Shown in pieces: positions 63,601 to 64,000 of a stretch of DNA of 64,000 bases. How positions within the stretch are numbered: the first letter of the stretch is position 1; every line of letters starts with the position of its first letter. The DNA lies in the NCBI GenBank assembly GCA_963675495.1, contig OY776215.1:768001-832000 (forward strand), written 5' to 3'. The position numbers and the translations under genes were made by a program. The stretch comes from an uncultured Methanolobus sp. GTDB taxonomy: Archaea > Halobacteriota > Methanosarcinia > Methanosarcinales > Methanosarcinaceae. The notes below the pieces were generated by a model that was not told the origin of the DNA, made no database searches, and saw nothing but the letters and a program-made list of their open reading frames with translations.

Positions 63601-64000
63601 GGGTGGTAGTAATACCATCATGCAGATGAATCATATAAATGTGATTTCTAGCAGTCCTGTCAGTACCATCAGTTCCAGCTCTGACAACTCAGGAACTCGT
63701 ACATCAGTAAGCCAGGGACAGAATCCTAAGATTGTTGAAACAACTGCTGCATCTACGTTGCGTATCATCAAAGGAACAGAAGTAAAATACAACTTCTCTG
63801 ACAGTGGTACTCCAGTTGTTGGTGTCAGTTTCGATGCTAAGGACAATAAGGGTCTCGTTGTTGCCAAAGTTCAGGCACTCTCAGATTCACCTGAAGGTAT
63901 ACCTCGTCCCTCAGGCACTTCCCACCAATTGATGAGCATAGATGTGGGAAGTGCAGGTACTATCACAACAGATAATGCTGACAATATCCTCATTCACTTT
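60683..64000 (+). CDS. Large surface protein: signal peptide, PKD domains with inserted Kelch/Asp-box propellers, PGF-pre-PGF domain (partial, runs off window)
   Basis: Open frame from ATG 60683 or 60752 to the window end (absent from the ORF track because it has no stop); P.ANFT..W.W.FGD PKD motifs and 12 Kelch repeats. Confidence 0.9.
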   Translation, partial: MIQNLSIEKNEMNSKKHILLAKHMKKPYLEKNILFYMQPLRYIFTFIAGIIILSSITTAGALAPTANFTADVFSGLAPLTVNFADESLNSPTGWAWYFGDQNPSEPWEEINSSAGWSKRYSHSSVVLPDGSIVLMGGNDGSYKNDVWKSIDNGTTWTEINSSAGWQGRFGHSSVVLPDSSIVLMGGSSSSGYKNDVWRSTDDGTTWKEINSNAGWSGRYVHTSVVLPDGSIVLMAGGNASSKKNDVWKSADNGTTWTEMNSSAGWSGRIVHSSVALSDGTIVLMGGLAGVYKNDVWKSTDSGATWIQVNSSAEWMERLGHSSVALPDDSIVLMGGRSVNFKNDVWKSTENGTTWTEINSSAGWTERLGHTSVVLHDGSIVLMGGRNTTNYKNDVWKLTTADSSQQNPPHVYTEPGIYKIALQAYNDVGCNRTLVTDYITVADTPVANFTADITSGVVPLVVNFTDLSNNTPTSWIWNFGDGTISTDQNPTHTYSIAGTYTVSLNATNIGSSNINTQENCIVVAGVPVANFTSNVTSGGVPLSVNFTDTSLNSPTGWTWYFDDEGFSEPWTEINSSAGWNGRYGHSSIVLPDGSIVLMGGGSPSGYENDVWKSIDNGTTWNMINPNAGWSGRYIHSSVVLPDGSIILMGGYNVSGMKNDVWKSTDNGTTWIEINSSAGWSERTGHSSVVLSDGSIVLMGGYDGSYKNDVWRSTNNGTTWTEINSSAGWQGRYIHTSITLPDGSIVLMGGGSSGVHNNDVWRSTDKGYTWTEINSSAGWSKRFGHSSVSLPDGSIMIMGGLDNSNTRKNDVWKSTDKGYTWTEVNSSAGWSGRICRNSVVLPDGSVVFMGGHDGSNFKNDVWHFGTAGSSEENPYHTYTASGTYQVTLQAYNAFGYNSTLVTDYITVAVAPITNFTANTTSGTAPLTVNFTDLSTNAPTSWEWDFGDGTTSIDQNSIHTYATAGTYNVILNATNAGGSNTIMQMNHINVISSSPVSTISSSSDNSGTRTSVSQGQNPKIVETTAASTLRIIKGTEVKYNFSDSGTPVVGVSFDAKDNKGLVVAKVQALSDSPEGIPRPSGTSHQLMSIDVGSAGTITTDNADNILIHF
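61001..63263 (+). repeat. Two arrays of six ~147-153 bp coding repeats (61001-61870 and 62387-63263)
   Basis: Unit WTEINSSAGWxxRxxHSSVVLPDGSIVLMGGxxxxxKNDVWKSxDxGxT. Confidence 0.9.

Overview
This window is chromosomal DNA from a methanogenic archaeon of the Methanosarcinaceae (Methanolobus-like, inferred from the McrA/McrB sequences and gene content). Core content: two hydantoinase/oxoprolinase paralogues flanking htpX, DUF488 and aroA; mcrBDCGA with divergent mmp10; PolD DP2; fumarate hydratase; a type IV pilus-like ATPase/TadC/MinD locus; tsr3; xth; a PerR-peroxiredoxin-DPS operon; topA; a beta-CASP nuclease; mobA; RIO2; larBC; trxB/trx; the sulfide-to-homocysteine genes; a histidine kinase; Hsp20; a disulfide reductase; an MFS transporter; and a large PKD/Kelch surface protein that runs off the window end. 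Two AT-rich accessory blocks stand out. The first (19135-21666) is a probable decayed casposon at tRNA-Leu(CAA), with one terminal repeat, an HNH gene bracketed by repeats, an orphan cargo gene and a PolB C-terminal fragment, surrounded by tRNA-Leu relics. The second (37369-41433) is a four-gene cluster encoding a LicC-like cytidylyltransferase, a PLP decarboxylase, a CDP-alcohol phosphotransferase and an ATP-grasp ligase; it may be an undescribed CDP-aminoalcohol (Kennedy-like) head-group pathway. Family assignments come from motif recognition only; no database searches were run.
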